DNA of 64,000 nucleotides from a virus: IMG/VR virus record IMGVR_UViG_3300036770_006434, positions 1 to 64,000 of that record; one strand, 5' to 3'. Shown piece by piece: positions 24,755 to 34,703 of this stretch (position 1 is its first letter; each line of letters starts with the position of its first letter). The notes under the pieces were generated by a model. It saw only the letters and a program-made list of their open reading frames with translations, ran no database searches and was not told where the DNA came from. The position numbers and the translations under genes were made by a program.

Positions 24755-25523
24755 AAATCGGGTTGGACCTATAGCGCATCACGCGTTTCGTAGGCCGCGA
24801 CAGTTTCGAGCCAGTCATTACGTTTGAGCGCGTCCTTAACCTTGCTCAGCGCCGTCTGCGCGCGTTCATTTGCTTCTCTCAGCTGTTTATTTTGATGCGA
24901 TTCTTCGGCAAAGTATCGCTCTCCAAGGTAGAAGCATCCAGACAGGTGCCACGCCCAAAAATTAAAGATCAACCGCCCCTCGCGGACGATGCTGAATCCG
25001 AGGCCACGGGCATAGAGATTTCGATGAATGTAGAGATGTGGTTTCATTATAAAATAGGTCTAACTAAATGCTACAGAGAGCAGTTCTGATCGGAATGTCT
25101 CTTAAGATGTTATTAGATTACGAACTTAACTTCCTTCACGGTAATCTCGGACGGGACCGGGGCAACGGCACCCTTCAGTTGCAGCTTATACAGTTTCGCG
25201 ACCTCATGGGTGATATTCTCCCGCAGCTGGAACAGGACGGACTCAATGGCGGCGCCATGTTTTTGGCGGGCCTCCGCCAAGGCGAGCAGATTCAGGACGA
25301 ATTCTCGGTCAAATGGAGAGGCCAAAGTGATGGATTCGTCAAATTTAACGGAATGAATGCGGAAGCCGTAATGGATCACTCCATCATGTGACCAACTAGT
25401 CCGGTTGTATTCCAGAATGATTCTCTGAGAAACTAGGTCGTCAAGGATTTCGGAGAGTTGGGACTGTTCGGATTTGGTCATTTTGAGTTAGCTTTTAGAC
25501 TTTTCAAGTCGTCATATCTACTG

Positions 25524-26114
25524 GTTGGGCGAAGAAAAATTACCATCATGAATCCATTCCAGAACATTCGCAATTGGACCCGTAAGGATTTTGATGAGTC
25601 TGACGAAGAAAAGAAGGCCAGAAGAGAGCGGGCGCGTGTTGAGACCGACCACGATCTGCAAAAGCCGGTCCAGCAGCTTTTGTGCGATGTCCACGAAGAG
25701 TCGCTAGCTCCCGTTCCGACGACTAGCGAAGGCGCGGCGATTGTATTCCAGCTCCAACGTTTGATTGGAGCGCAAAAGAGAATGGTTTCGTTGCAGACCG
25801 TAAGCACATTCCAGACGGGACGCACGAATGCTTTAGTGTTTTGGCTCACAGCGATTATTGTTATCCAGACGTTTGTCCTCATCTACCTTACTCTTTACCC
25901 GAGGACCGGACCAAGTCCGGTCTGTCACTGTCACGTAGATGGCGCAGACAAGAAAAGTGCCGATAAAAAGTGACCAAAGAAGCAAGGCCCAGCCCAACAA
26001 GGTGCCAGAGCCAACGGCCACAGCCGTCACGTAGGGGGTAGTTATGAGGTATTCGATCATGATATATGTTATTCTAAAGAACGTTGCCGCTGTGGTCGTG
26101 GCTCATCTTTGACG
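25524..26114 (+). mobile_element. integron-type gene cassette 1
   Basis: Begins at core site GTTGGGC (25524-30); one plus-strand ORF; ends in attC whose R'' GCCCAAC is the exact complement. Confidence 0.8.
25548..25973 (+). CDS. cassette-borne membrane-anchored hypothetical protein (141 aa)
   Basis: ATG 18 nt after the core site; one C-terminal TM (LVFWLTAIIVIQTFVLIYLTL); opposite strand to neighbours. Confidence 0.7.
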   Translation: MNPFQNIRNWTRKDFDESDEEKKARRERARVETDHDLQKPVQQLLCDVHEESLAPVPTTSEGAAIVFQLQRLIGAQKRMVSLQTVSTFQTGRTNALVFWLTAIIVIQTFVLIYLTLYPRTGPSPVCHCHVDGADKKSADKK

Positions 26115-26120
26115 TTGGCC
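25992..26120 (+). repeat. attC site 1
   Basis: GCCCAAC-AAGGT-GCCAGAGC-CA[A]CGGCCACAGC...GCTGTGGTCGTG-GCTCATC-TTTGAC-GTTGGCC; canonical 7-5-8...7-6-7 spacing with extrahelical base. Confidence 0.85.
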
Positions 26121-26356
26121 GAAGAGTGCTTGATGACTTCGCCGTTCCCGTCGCGGACGGACCAGAAGAGGATTTCCAGCGCGTCGAGCTGTTCCTTTTT
26201 CCACCCGATGCGGAGCATCTCAGCCATAATCTGCCCGCAGACAAGAATTCCACGCCGCGTGGGTTTCTTGGCGGCGCGGATGCGTTCCAGTGCTTGCGTA
26301 GCCTCCTCGGCCAACCCGTCGCCAGTGCCAACGCTCGGGACTTGTCCTTTGTTCAT
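26069..26356 (-). CDS. hypothetical protein, antisense within cassette 2
   Basis: Starts in the attC2 loop and stops in the attC1 loop. Confidence 0.6.
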   Translation of the reverse strand: MNKGQVPSVGTGDGLAEEATQALERIRAAKKPTRRGILVCGQIMAEMLRIGWKKEQLDALEILFWSVRDGNGEVIKHSSANVKDEPRPQRQRSLE

Positions 26357-26422
26357 AAATTTTTCCTCCGCTCGCCGCCCTGGGGTTTCTCGCCCGAGCG
26401 CGGCACATCTTTTTCGTTCGGC
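26309..26422 (+). repeat. attC site 2
   Basis: GGCCAAC-CCGTC-GCCAGTGC-CAACGCTCGGG...CCCGAGCGCG-GCACATC-TTTTTC-GTTCGGC; R'' complements the upstream core GTTGGCC. Confidence 0.85.
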
Positions 26423-26784
26423 TTCCGAACGAAACCTTCATGGCTTTCCATATCCAGCGTGAAGGGATGGTGCGGAAAGTTTTCCAAAAGAATGAGACGG
26501 CAGCGGTCGCAGATTCCCTCGTAGTTTTTCACCTCGTTGTGATGTTCCCGGCATCGGGGACATTCCACGAACGCCGGGTTTTCAACTCGGGCCGCCTTCA
26601 TCGCACGATAGTCCGCCTGAATGGCTCGGATGTTGTCGCAGGTCAGAGGCTCCGACGGGAAGGATAGGCGATGATCCCGTGTCTGTGCGGACGTAAGAAA
26701 GCCGAACGAATCGCCAAACACAAGATGCGCGCTGGCACCTTGCAGGGTTGAACTAGAATCTGGGGTGGTGTGCGTCTGTGTCAT
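26353..26784 (-). CDS. hypothetical Zn-finger protein, antisense within cassette 3
   Basis: CPRC...CDRC; ATG inside the attC3 right arm, stop in the attC2 loop overlapping the next ATG (ATGA). Confidence 0.6.
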   Translation of the reverse strand: MTQTHTTPDSSSTLQGASAHLVFGDSFGFLTSAQTRDHRLSFPSEPLTCDNIRAIQADYRAMKAARVENPAFVECPRCREHHNEVKNYEGICDRCRLILLENFPHHPFTLDMESHEGFVRKPNEKDVPRSGEKPQGGERRKNL

Positions 26785-26798
26785 ATCAGGTGTTGGGC
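26701..26798 (+). repeat. attC site 3
   Basis: GCCGAAC-GAATC-GCCAAACA-CA[A]GATGCG...TGCGTCTG-TGTCATA-TCAGGT-GTTGGGC; R'' complements the upstream core GTTCGGC. Confidence 0.75.
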
Positions 26799-27347
26799 AT
26801 ACCCTCATACACCAGACACCACGGTTTGTCCTGTTCAATTATACCTTGTCTCTCCCATTTTTCACGGCAATCCTTGGCGTTATGAATGAAGATAGCCCCG
26901 TTGTCACGCTCTACGGGATGACACCAGCAGGAAGAATTCGCGGAATGAATGGGTTCCGGTCTGCCAAGCGGGATGATATGGGTGTATTGATCCATGTATT
27001 ACTCTTTCTTCCTCCAGTCCCCCACACACCAGATTTTGCCGCCCTTCCGGTCAACACAGAAATCGTGACCGGCAGGCTTGGTCCCGGGCTTCGTCTTTAC
27101 GATGGAGAAAATGATTTCGGGATATTCCCGGGCCAGATCGGCGGTCGGGATGTCCCGCATGGCGTTCTTCAGCTCGTAATCGAAATCCTTGAAATCATGC
27201 GGAATCTCTTCGCTGTCAATCTCACAGGAGTTGTCGATACGGATGTGGCGGACCGGCGGCAGGGGCTTGAATTGGGTCGGATCAGGTGGCATGTAAAGCG
27301 GTTTTTTGAATAGTGCGCGGGGATTAGACCCCGGATTGAATCACTTG

Positions 27348-27869
27348 TCAAACAGATTTTTTGGACAGGCGGTTGAATCTTTTCATGAACTCGCGGCGGG
27401 CGCGTTCTGGGGTCCAACAGGGGAGTTTGATGTCGTAGAGGGCAACATTCATTTTGCGCCAGTCATCACCGGGCAGGAGCTGCTTCATTTCGGTCGCCAG
27501 CATACGAATGTCCACCTCTTTGACCACGGGATTGGCGGGGAATGGAAGACGCCACTTTTTGGCGAAAATCTGTTCAATCCTGAGTTCTAGGCTTTTATAC
27601 TGTGGGAGAATGCGTTTTTGCACACTATTCACATCGGCCACAACACTTTCTTGGGAGTCGTGCATTAGAACTTCTAATTCATGGCCCTGCGGAGCGAACA
27701 TGGAGCAGTGGACAGAGTGTTCTGCCACCGAATAGAAGCGGGAACATGCGCCGGTAAAACGACACAGATGCGAGAGGTTGTGCGCAACGTCTTCTATGCA
27801 GATGTCTTGTGGACGGGGATTGTGGTAGCGAAATTTTCTACCGGATTGGAGTCTGATATAGTCTTGCAT
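27348..27869 (-). CDS. HD-domain nucleotide phosphohydrolase (YfbR/DatZ-like)
   Basis: IEDVAHNLSHLCRFTG...YSVAEHS...LMHDSQE...D..ML..E. Confidence 0.85.
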   Translation of the reverse strand: MQDYIRLQSGRKFRYHNPRPQDICIEDVAHNLSHLCRFTGACSRFYSVAEHSVHCSMFAPQGHELEVLMHDSQESVVADVNSVQKRILPQYKSLELRIEQIFAKKWRLPFPANPVVKEVDIRMLATEMKQLLPGDDWRKMNVALYDIKLPCWTPERARREFMKRFNRLSKKSV

Positions 27870-27875
27870 AGGTTT

Positions 27876-28442
27876 TTATTTGATATCCAGCCACTTCAGA
27901 ATCCGTCTAGCATGGTTCAGACGCTCTTCCTTCGTGTCCTTGCCCCAGTTCAAGTGATAATCCGCCATAGCGGCGACCTTGTGACAGTGCTTTTCCTCCT
28001 CTTCGGTCGGCGGCGGGGCTCCCGCTCTGGTAATGTTGATCAGGTAAAACGAGGAACCGAATCTTTCACGGAAATAGTTGACTTCATTCTCGAATCGGCA
28101 ATCGACTACGGTCTCAATTCTGGGGGTGCCAGAATCAGAGCCACGGTCCATTTCAATGTCGCGCGCCACGACTTTGACCCAATGCAACGGGTCTCTAGCC
28201 CTCTGGGCCATGCCGTAACCGATCCACAGCGGGCGGACGATTTCCTTTTGCTCAGGCGTCAGGTTGTCGGGATCAAACCCCATGTGGTCACGGACGATTC
28301 CGGCGACATCTCTTTTGAGGGCATTGGCAAAGGCCCGATGGCGGAAAGCGGGATTCAGTTCGTGGAAGCATTCAAACAGAGTATCTTTTCCAGAATTTCT
28401 GGTAGCCGTAAGCCCAACGATGATGTTGCGAGCGGTATTCAT
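27876..28442 (-). CDS. deoxynucleoside monophosphate kinase
   Basis: VGLTATRNSGKDT P-loop, FANALK, VVDCRFENE. Confidence 0.8.
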   Translation of the reverse strand: MNTARNIIVGLTATRNSGKDTLFECFHELNPAFRHRAFANALKRDVAGIVRDHMGFDPDNLTPEQKEIVRPLWIGYGMAQRARDPLHWVKVVARDIEMDRGSDSGTPRIETVVDCRFENEVNYFRERFGSSFYLINITRAGAPPPTEEEEKHCHKVAAMADYHLNWGKDTKEERLNHARRILKWLDIK

Positions 28443-28446
28443 ATTG

Positions 28447-29748
28447 TTAAAGCGCTTCTCCAGTAACGAGTTCCGCCATATTCACCATCTGGCGCAGCAG
28501 AAAGGTCTGCATCTCGCGGGTTTCGTCCCGCAGGGAGTGTTTCAAGTGAAAATACTCCTCCAAAATCGTGTTCACCAGCTCTTTAACCCCTTGGTCAAAC
28601 GCCTGAAGGGTGAGGATAATTTTGCCGTCTTGCGCCAGTCCGAGCCACCCGCCGCCGGGTGCGTGGGAAATGACGACAACGGGATAGGTGTCCTTGATGT
28701 GGAACCCCGCCTTGTCACAGAAGTCAAGGGCACGCTTCAATTGGATTTCCTGAATGCGGTTGAGCGAAACCGGCGGCGGCAGCGGGAAGGTCTTCTCGGT
28801 TTTCAGGTAGAGGTTACTGGACCACGGAGTCAAATGTAAAATCTGACCCTCTTTGCGTAAGCGGCTATAAAGATTGATGAATGGAGAAGACGCCTCGTCC
28901 GCGTGAACCGTCATGTGGTGCTCAAACGAGTGGTTTGGCGACAGCATGAGGGCACGCATGAACGCCTCGTCCTCACAGGTTTCCAGCATCTTGGAGACAT
29001 AGTAGTCCAGATCGCTTTCACTCTTCAGGGTGCGGTCCTCGGTGAGGCCAAACAGGGAGTGAAGCAGATTGTAGGTGTAAATCGACGGGCGGCGCAGCTT
29101 GAGGACACGCACCCCACGGTAGTAGGCATAATCGGAGGGGCCGGAATGGACCTCCACATTCTGATCGGCCAAGATGGGGGCCGATGTCAGGAAGATGGTA
29201 TGGCGCTGGCCGTAGGCGGCGTCGATGGCATCACCTTTGATTACGAAGGCGGTTTGGTTCTCTACGGGGGTATACTCCTGCCGCCCGTTCAACCGGATGG
29301 TCTCGCCGCCCTCGTCAAGCACATTGCTGTGCAGTTCCCTAAACGGGGTCCAATCCGCCCAATGCTCGCCGACATGGGTGTTGAAGGGCATCTCCTCCTC
29401 GGTGCCGTCGGGGTGAGTCATGGTAATGAAATCGAACATCTTGCCGCGAATCTCCACAGGCTTTGTGCCAAAGGTGTAACGGTCCATTCCACGGTAAAGG
29501 GTGACGGAGCAGCGGAGGCGGAGAAGGATGCATACGGCGACCTTCAAACCGGAGCCGAATTTCCCAATTGGGTTGTCCGAGTTTGGTTTGGCAGAGACGC
29601 CGAAATTGCGCAGGCAACGAAGGTCGATCAGGCCGGGGTTCTTGAAGACAATGGAAGGCGTGAAGAACATAGTGCGGGCAGTATGGGCTACAGCTAGGGG
29701 GAAGTCAAGAGGTTTTCCCCTTGTCATCCACTTTATTTTCTCTCCCAC
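28447..29748 (-). CDS. GHKL-type ATPase domain protein
   Basis: FGVSAK...IGKFGSGLK motif, RELHSNVLDE; possible C-terminal metallopeptidase-like TILEEYFH. Confidence 0.7.
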   Translation of the reverse strand: MGEKIKWMTRGKPLDFPLAVAHTARTMFFTPSIVFKNPGLIDLRCLRNFGVSAKPNSDNPIGKFGSGLKVAVCILLRLRCSVTLYRGMDRYTFGTKPVEIRGKMFDFITMTHPDGTEEEMPFNTHVGEHWADWTPFRELHSNVLDEGGETIRLNGRQEYTPVENQTAFVIKGDAIDAAYGQRHTIFLTSAPILADQNVEVHSGPSDYAYYRGVRVLKLRRPSIYTYNLLHSLFGLTEDRTLKSESDLDYYVSKMLETCEDEAFMRALMLSPNHSFEHHMTVHADEASSPFINLYSRLRKEGQILHLTPWSSNLYLKTEKTFPLPPPVSLNRIQEIQLKRALDFCDKAGFHIKDTYPVVVISHAPGGGWLGLAQDGKIILTLQAFDQGVKELVNTILEEYFHLKHSLRDETREMQTFLLRQMVNMAELVTGEAL

Positions 29749-32700
29749 GCGCGTTCCATGAGGCGATCCCCGACCTTGGAAGTAATCTTTTGGGCGATAT
29801 CCGTGATGCTACCGGCGCTGAGAGAGCGCATTTCCTCGCCGCCAACTTTGACAAGATGTTCCCACGCGGCGGCTGTCTGCGGACTCATTTCAACTCCGTT
29901 ACGAGGCTCCAGTTTGCACGCTTCCGAAACGAGGGATACAAGATAGTCTTCAAGGTCCCGAATGGCGGCCTCCAGTTCGGGATAATCCGGGTAAACAGCC
30001 TGTCGGATAGACGTTGAACCGGGGCGGACAATGACATGCCAGTGACCGTCCCGAAGTCCGTCGTAAGCCCAAGGGTCATTGACGGGAATGTATTTGCCCT
30101 TGGAATCGCGTTTGTAGAGCGTATTACTCTGGCGATATCTGATCTGGGACTTGGCGACGGAGGTTTTCATTCAATTGGGCTGTATTTTCCACTTTTCAAA
30201 ACCCCCTCAATGGCAGTGAGAATGGAGCCAAATGCGACAGCTTTCTTCTCCTGTTTCCGCTCGGTCACCGCCCGTTTCAGCGCGATTTCAATTCCCTTGC
30301 GGCGGTCAAACCGATCTTCCACGGAACAGGTTGCGACTCCCTTGTAACTTTTGGCATCCGGGTAAAGCAGCTCCACCGTGGTCTCGCCGCCGAACGGCTG
30401 GACTTCGGTGTCACCGCTCTTCTGTTTGCGGGAATACTCAGTCAGGCAGATATTGTAACCCCAAGCCGCCGGGACGGCACAATACCGTTTGTGGCGGATT
30501 CTGATTTTGATGCCGGCCGCGCGGAGGTGGGGGAGGACCGCCACAGTGATGGGCTGACTCTTGGTTTTGGTTGATTTACTCATGGGAGGGATTGGGTTTA
30601 TCTTCGGGTGTCATCTTGATTTCCATAATGGAGGCAGGGTTATGGCCGCCGCTCGGCGGGACCAGAGCCTCGTTCAGTTTCTGGAAATACTCCTGCCCGT
30701 CCGGGGTCATGGCCCATAACAGGATGGAGCCGGGGTTATTGGCGATTTCCGGCGGCAGTTTCGGGAATTGGTTTTCCATGTTTTGCGTGAATTGTCTACT
30801 ATGTTTTACGGTAAAGTAGGGCAGTTTTGGGCAGAAGTCAAGAGGTTTCGCCGGAATCCGTGGCAAACGCGATGTTGGCACGAACCGGGGAGACAGACGA
30901 GCAACCCAAGAGTTCAAGCGCGTTGTCCGCACGGGTCAACAGCTGGTCCAGCTCCCTGATCCTCATCGCTCCTTCGGCAATAGCCGCGTTGGCGACACCG
31001 TCTTCGCTGTCTATCTGCTCCGATAGGATTTCAAGGGCGCGGGCTAGGGTGATATTGGAGGTTCTCATGGGTTTTGGGTGGCGGCCGAAGGTGTGTCGCT
31101 CTTGGTATCAAGGTCTCGTATGATCACGGTATACATAGCTACCGGGTCTTCGCGCGGGTCAAGAGCCCAACACTCTTCAAGGGTCTTGGGAATGGGCACG
31201 CCGGGGCCAAGCGTTGACATGGGGCGTTCAGCGAAGCTGTTTGTGTAATATATGTCCCAAATACGAGATACTCCCATGCTTACATAGCCTTGATTTAACG
31301 CCATTTGGAAGGCGCGGTTTTCGCTTTCGGCGATCAGCATCGGAATAGTTTCCATGCCGATCTCCATACATCGTTTACGGGGGAAAATCGTTGTTTTTCG
31401 GACAAAATTGGTCAGAGAGTTATTCATCGGATAAAACGGTCTATCTGGTAGGCTAAGTCAACAGCAGCCTTCTCGTCGTATGTGTCCTTCCAGTAAAAGT
31501 GATGATTGGCTTCTCGGTCCGCGGCGTTAACCAGCAAGCGGACGAGGTCACGTATCTTCTCCACTTCCTCGGTTGACAGATTGTAGGTCATGGGGAGCCC
31601 TGAGGGATATACGCACTGCGCGCGGATTGGGTGTCTGGGTAGGTGAGCATGGGTAAGGTAGGTGTCAGTGGCTATCAGGAACAGAAGGGCAATATTTCGC
31701 GTATGGGTGCGGTAAGAGTGTGACCATACTCAGCCAAATCCTCCACTTGGGCGTTTCAGTTACGGCTTTTCGATACTGCGACAGGGGCATTCCGCCCCAC
31801 ACCTCGTTCACGACGTATGGCTCGGGGAGGTCAAAGATGATTGGCTTCATGGTCGTTATCCAAAAGCGGAAACAGCCGCTCAATTTTCTCCTCTTTGACG
31901 ATCTCCCATATCATCTGTCCGGTCCATCGACCTCCCATAAAGGACGCAGTTCCAACGGTCAAAACGTGCGCCAGTTTCGCGGCCTCAAAAGCGGTGATAT
32001 CGGAGGGAATGGATAAAATGCGTTTACCGTCCTCGGTATCAAAGGTGATGTCGTGATTCATGGAATGGGTAGGTGTTATCGTCCCGCCAAGGTAGCGTAA
32101 CATGGGGATGGAGTCAAGACCTAATCCACCAGCATCTTGACCCCTACCGCAATAAGCCCGGTCAGCGCGATTGAAGCGGCCCACACCACGAGTGCGGTTG
32201 TGAAGCCGGCCGCCCAGACAGTCCCGCAGAAAATGAAGCCAAAAACCAGCGCCAAGATGAGCCCTCCGATGATGCGACGAATCAGGTGATTAGAACGAGG
32301 GTTCGTGTTCATGTCTGTTTTGTCTCTTTCCATAACCCAAGGACCCTTAGAAAGGCTTCTGCACGCTGGGCGGCGGTTGCCGCGATGGTGTAGCCGCAGG
32401 TTTGGGTGTTTCCACACGCGCAAACTATCTCATTGAGGCGAACACAGTAGGGACCCCATTGAGCCTCTGTCAGCATCTTTTCCGCCTCGTGTATCTGATT
32501 GAGGTCCGACAGATAGTCGGGCAGCCATTCCGTTTGCCATTCCGCGTTGCCGGGGCGGACCCAGCAGGCGAATGCCTCCTTGAAAGCGGCGTTGCATTTC
32601 CAGCCGTGTGCTTCGCCTATGGCGATACGTTGTTTTTCAGGTGTCATAAAACGATGGTTTGGTTACATTTATTGGCCGGCGACCTTGGCGGTAGCCGTTT

Positions 32701-33183
32701 TTAAGGATCAAAACTGATGTCCATTCCTACGAATGCGAACTATGCCGCCGTCTTTCACTGTAAAAAGCCCGAAATCGTTGTCCAATTTGGAGATACGGGC
32801 TTTTTTCATCGCTTTTTCTATGGTATCGGCGTATCCAATGTAAAGACCGAAAAGCCCCTGCTTTTGCGCCATGTATTTTGCCGGTTTCATAAAACGATAG
32901 GTGTCAATCACCCCTCCCGGTTGTCATCCTCATCCGGGCGCAACAGTTCCGTCTGCGTCACAGTGAACAGGATATTCTCGTATGCGTCAAAACGGCCCTT
33001 ATTCTCCACACGCCACTCAGGGTCACGGTCCAATCTGTTCATCAACCGTTCGTTAAGGTCCCGGAAGTGCCGCAGATACTGGATCAGTTTGCCGGTATCA
33101 ATGGGGATGGACCGCTGGTAGTCGGTGACGACTTGATCGGTCCAAACACTGGGGTCGGTATAATCGTGGAGGGGATTTTTCAT
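29733..33183 (-). other. Run of about 10 hypothetical genes
   Basis: ORFs 29733-30170, 30167-30583, 30838-31068, 31065-31427, 31665-31850, 31831-32106, 32121-32312 (TM), 32708-32911, 32908-33183. Confidence 0.6.
32309..32647 (-). CDS. phage protein, ABA-sandwich-like
   Basis: IAIGEAHGW...PDYLSDLNQIHEAE...ATAAQRAEAFL pattern. Confidence 0.5.
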   Translation of the reverse strand: MTPEKQRIAIGEAHGWKCNAAFKEAFACWVRPGNAEWQTEWLPDYLSDLNQIHEAEKMLTEAQWGPYCVRLNEIVCACGNTQTCGYTIAATAAQRAEAFLRVLGLWKETKQT

Positions 33184-33219
33184 GATGGTAGCTACCCTAA
33201 CACAATACCTCCCGGGGTG

Positions 33220-33552
33220 TCAAGCCCCATTCGGGGCTACCTGTCTGCGGCGCACATTGGAAAACGGCTTAACCCCAAGATGGTCACACAGAAGCAGATG
33301 CCCACTGACCTTACGGTCTATGCGCTCGGCAAGCTGTTGACGCGAAGAGCCTTGAACACAAAGGTCGAACTCAACGCAGTGGGCAACGAGGATAGTTTGG
33401 TTGCCGGCCTTCGCGGCTTCGGCGGCATGTTGCTCTGTTTCCCCATGAGTGACAACGTGTTGCGCGCCGTCATAGTCAATGGCGAAGATGACGAGATGGG
33501 TGACGCCGAGGTCTTCGCGGATTGCCTTGGCTTTAGAGATGGGAATGGACAT
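33220..33552 (-). CDS. hypothetical protein with HicB-like C-terminal segment
   Basis: LVAHCVEFDLCVQGSSRQQL resembles the HicB N-terminal fold motif. Confidence 0.35.
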   Translation of the reverse strand: MSIPISKAKAIREDLGVTHLVIFAIDYDGAQHVVTHGETEQHAAEAAKAGNQTILVAHCVEFDLCVQGSSRQQLAERIDRKVSGHLLLCDHLGVKPFSNVRRRQVAPNGA

Positions 33553-34199
33553 AGATGGTGCGAGAGGTTAATGCCCGGCGGTGCGTGAAGCGCCACACCG
33601 AAGGAAAGCCTCTGTTGATACGGCTATTGGATCGCTAGCTCCCCCGGGACCGGTCCCGCCTTCAAGAATCCGCAATGCGATATCTTTCGCGTGCGGCGAG
33701 AATTTACCCTCATACTCCTCAAACACTTCGCGGGCTTCAGGGTGGTCAGGCTCCTGAGCTAAGAGGATCAACACTTGGACTTCCCAGCGCTTGAGCTGAA
33801 GTGGGCTTTGAGAAATGAGGGCGGACATGGATCAGTCGGACTTTTCTTTGCGGGCCATTCTCTCCTCCATAACAGAACGGTCGTAGGCGCCACACAGGTA
33901 GACGGAGCCAAAGATCAGAAACATAATCCCCGCACCGCCAAGTGCTGTGGCCCACCCCTTTTGGGCTCCAACCGCCGCGCCCAATAGGGTGCAACAGAAA
34001 AGCGGTATCATGCCGGGGTGTTCTCCGCAGTGTGGAAGCGTCCCACAGCCGCGCACAATGTGCTTGAAGAGGCCGATTTTCTGCGGAGCAGGAGCTTTTG
34101 AAGGAGTAGATTCAGTGGACATAAGCGAAAAGGTGCCGTTACCAGAGAGACATCCTCTCATATCGCGCGCCGGATGTCAAGCGCCTAGTTTGGCAAACG

Positions 34200-34682
34200 T
34201 CACCGATGCGAATAGTGAAAAGACGCAAACCTCGTTTCTCCATCGTGTTTACGGAAAATAATCAATGCTAGAGGTTGAGGCAACCCATGTTTCGCATCCC
34301 CAAAGCGAGGTCTTCCACAAACGAAACGAACCTCGGCCGCTTTCATGCAGTATTGATGCCACCAACGCGTATTTGTTCTGGCGGGAATAAATACGACTAC
34401 AGTCAAATCCTCTCTGGTCTGAGTCTCTTGCCACGCCCGTTTGATCCAGTCCACCATTTTAGACGTTTTATCACCAAATGGAGGGTTCAGCCAACACGCA
34501 CCGTTCCAAGGCTGAATCAGTCCGTTATCCTCTTTTGTGTAAAACTGCTGGCACAACGCGTTATCTTGACTGGCCGCAAGATCGGTAGTAAACGAAAACT
34601 CGGCGTTTAGCTCGTCAAAGAAGTGCTTTGGAGTAGTCCAGTCCTGTTTTGTAGACTCAAATTTCTTTTGGAATGATGACAT
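34200..34682 (-). CDS. phage DNA N6-adenine methyltransferase (Dam-like)
   Basis: DWTTP..FF..L..EF.FTTDLAAS, WLNPPFG, PARTNTRWW. Confidence 0.9.
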   Translation of the reverse strand: MSSFQKKFESTKQDWTTPKHFFDELNAEFSFTTDLAASQDNALCQQFYTKEDNGLIQPWNGACWLNPPFGDKTSKMVDWIKRAWQETQTREDLTVVVFIPARTNTRWWHQYCMKAAEVRFVCGRPRFGDAKHGLPQPLALIIFRKHDGETRFASFHYSHR

Positions 34683-34703
34683 AAAATATTTAACGAAAAA
34701 GGG

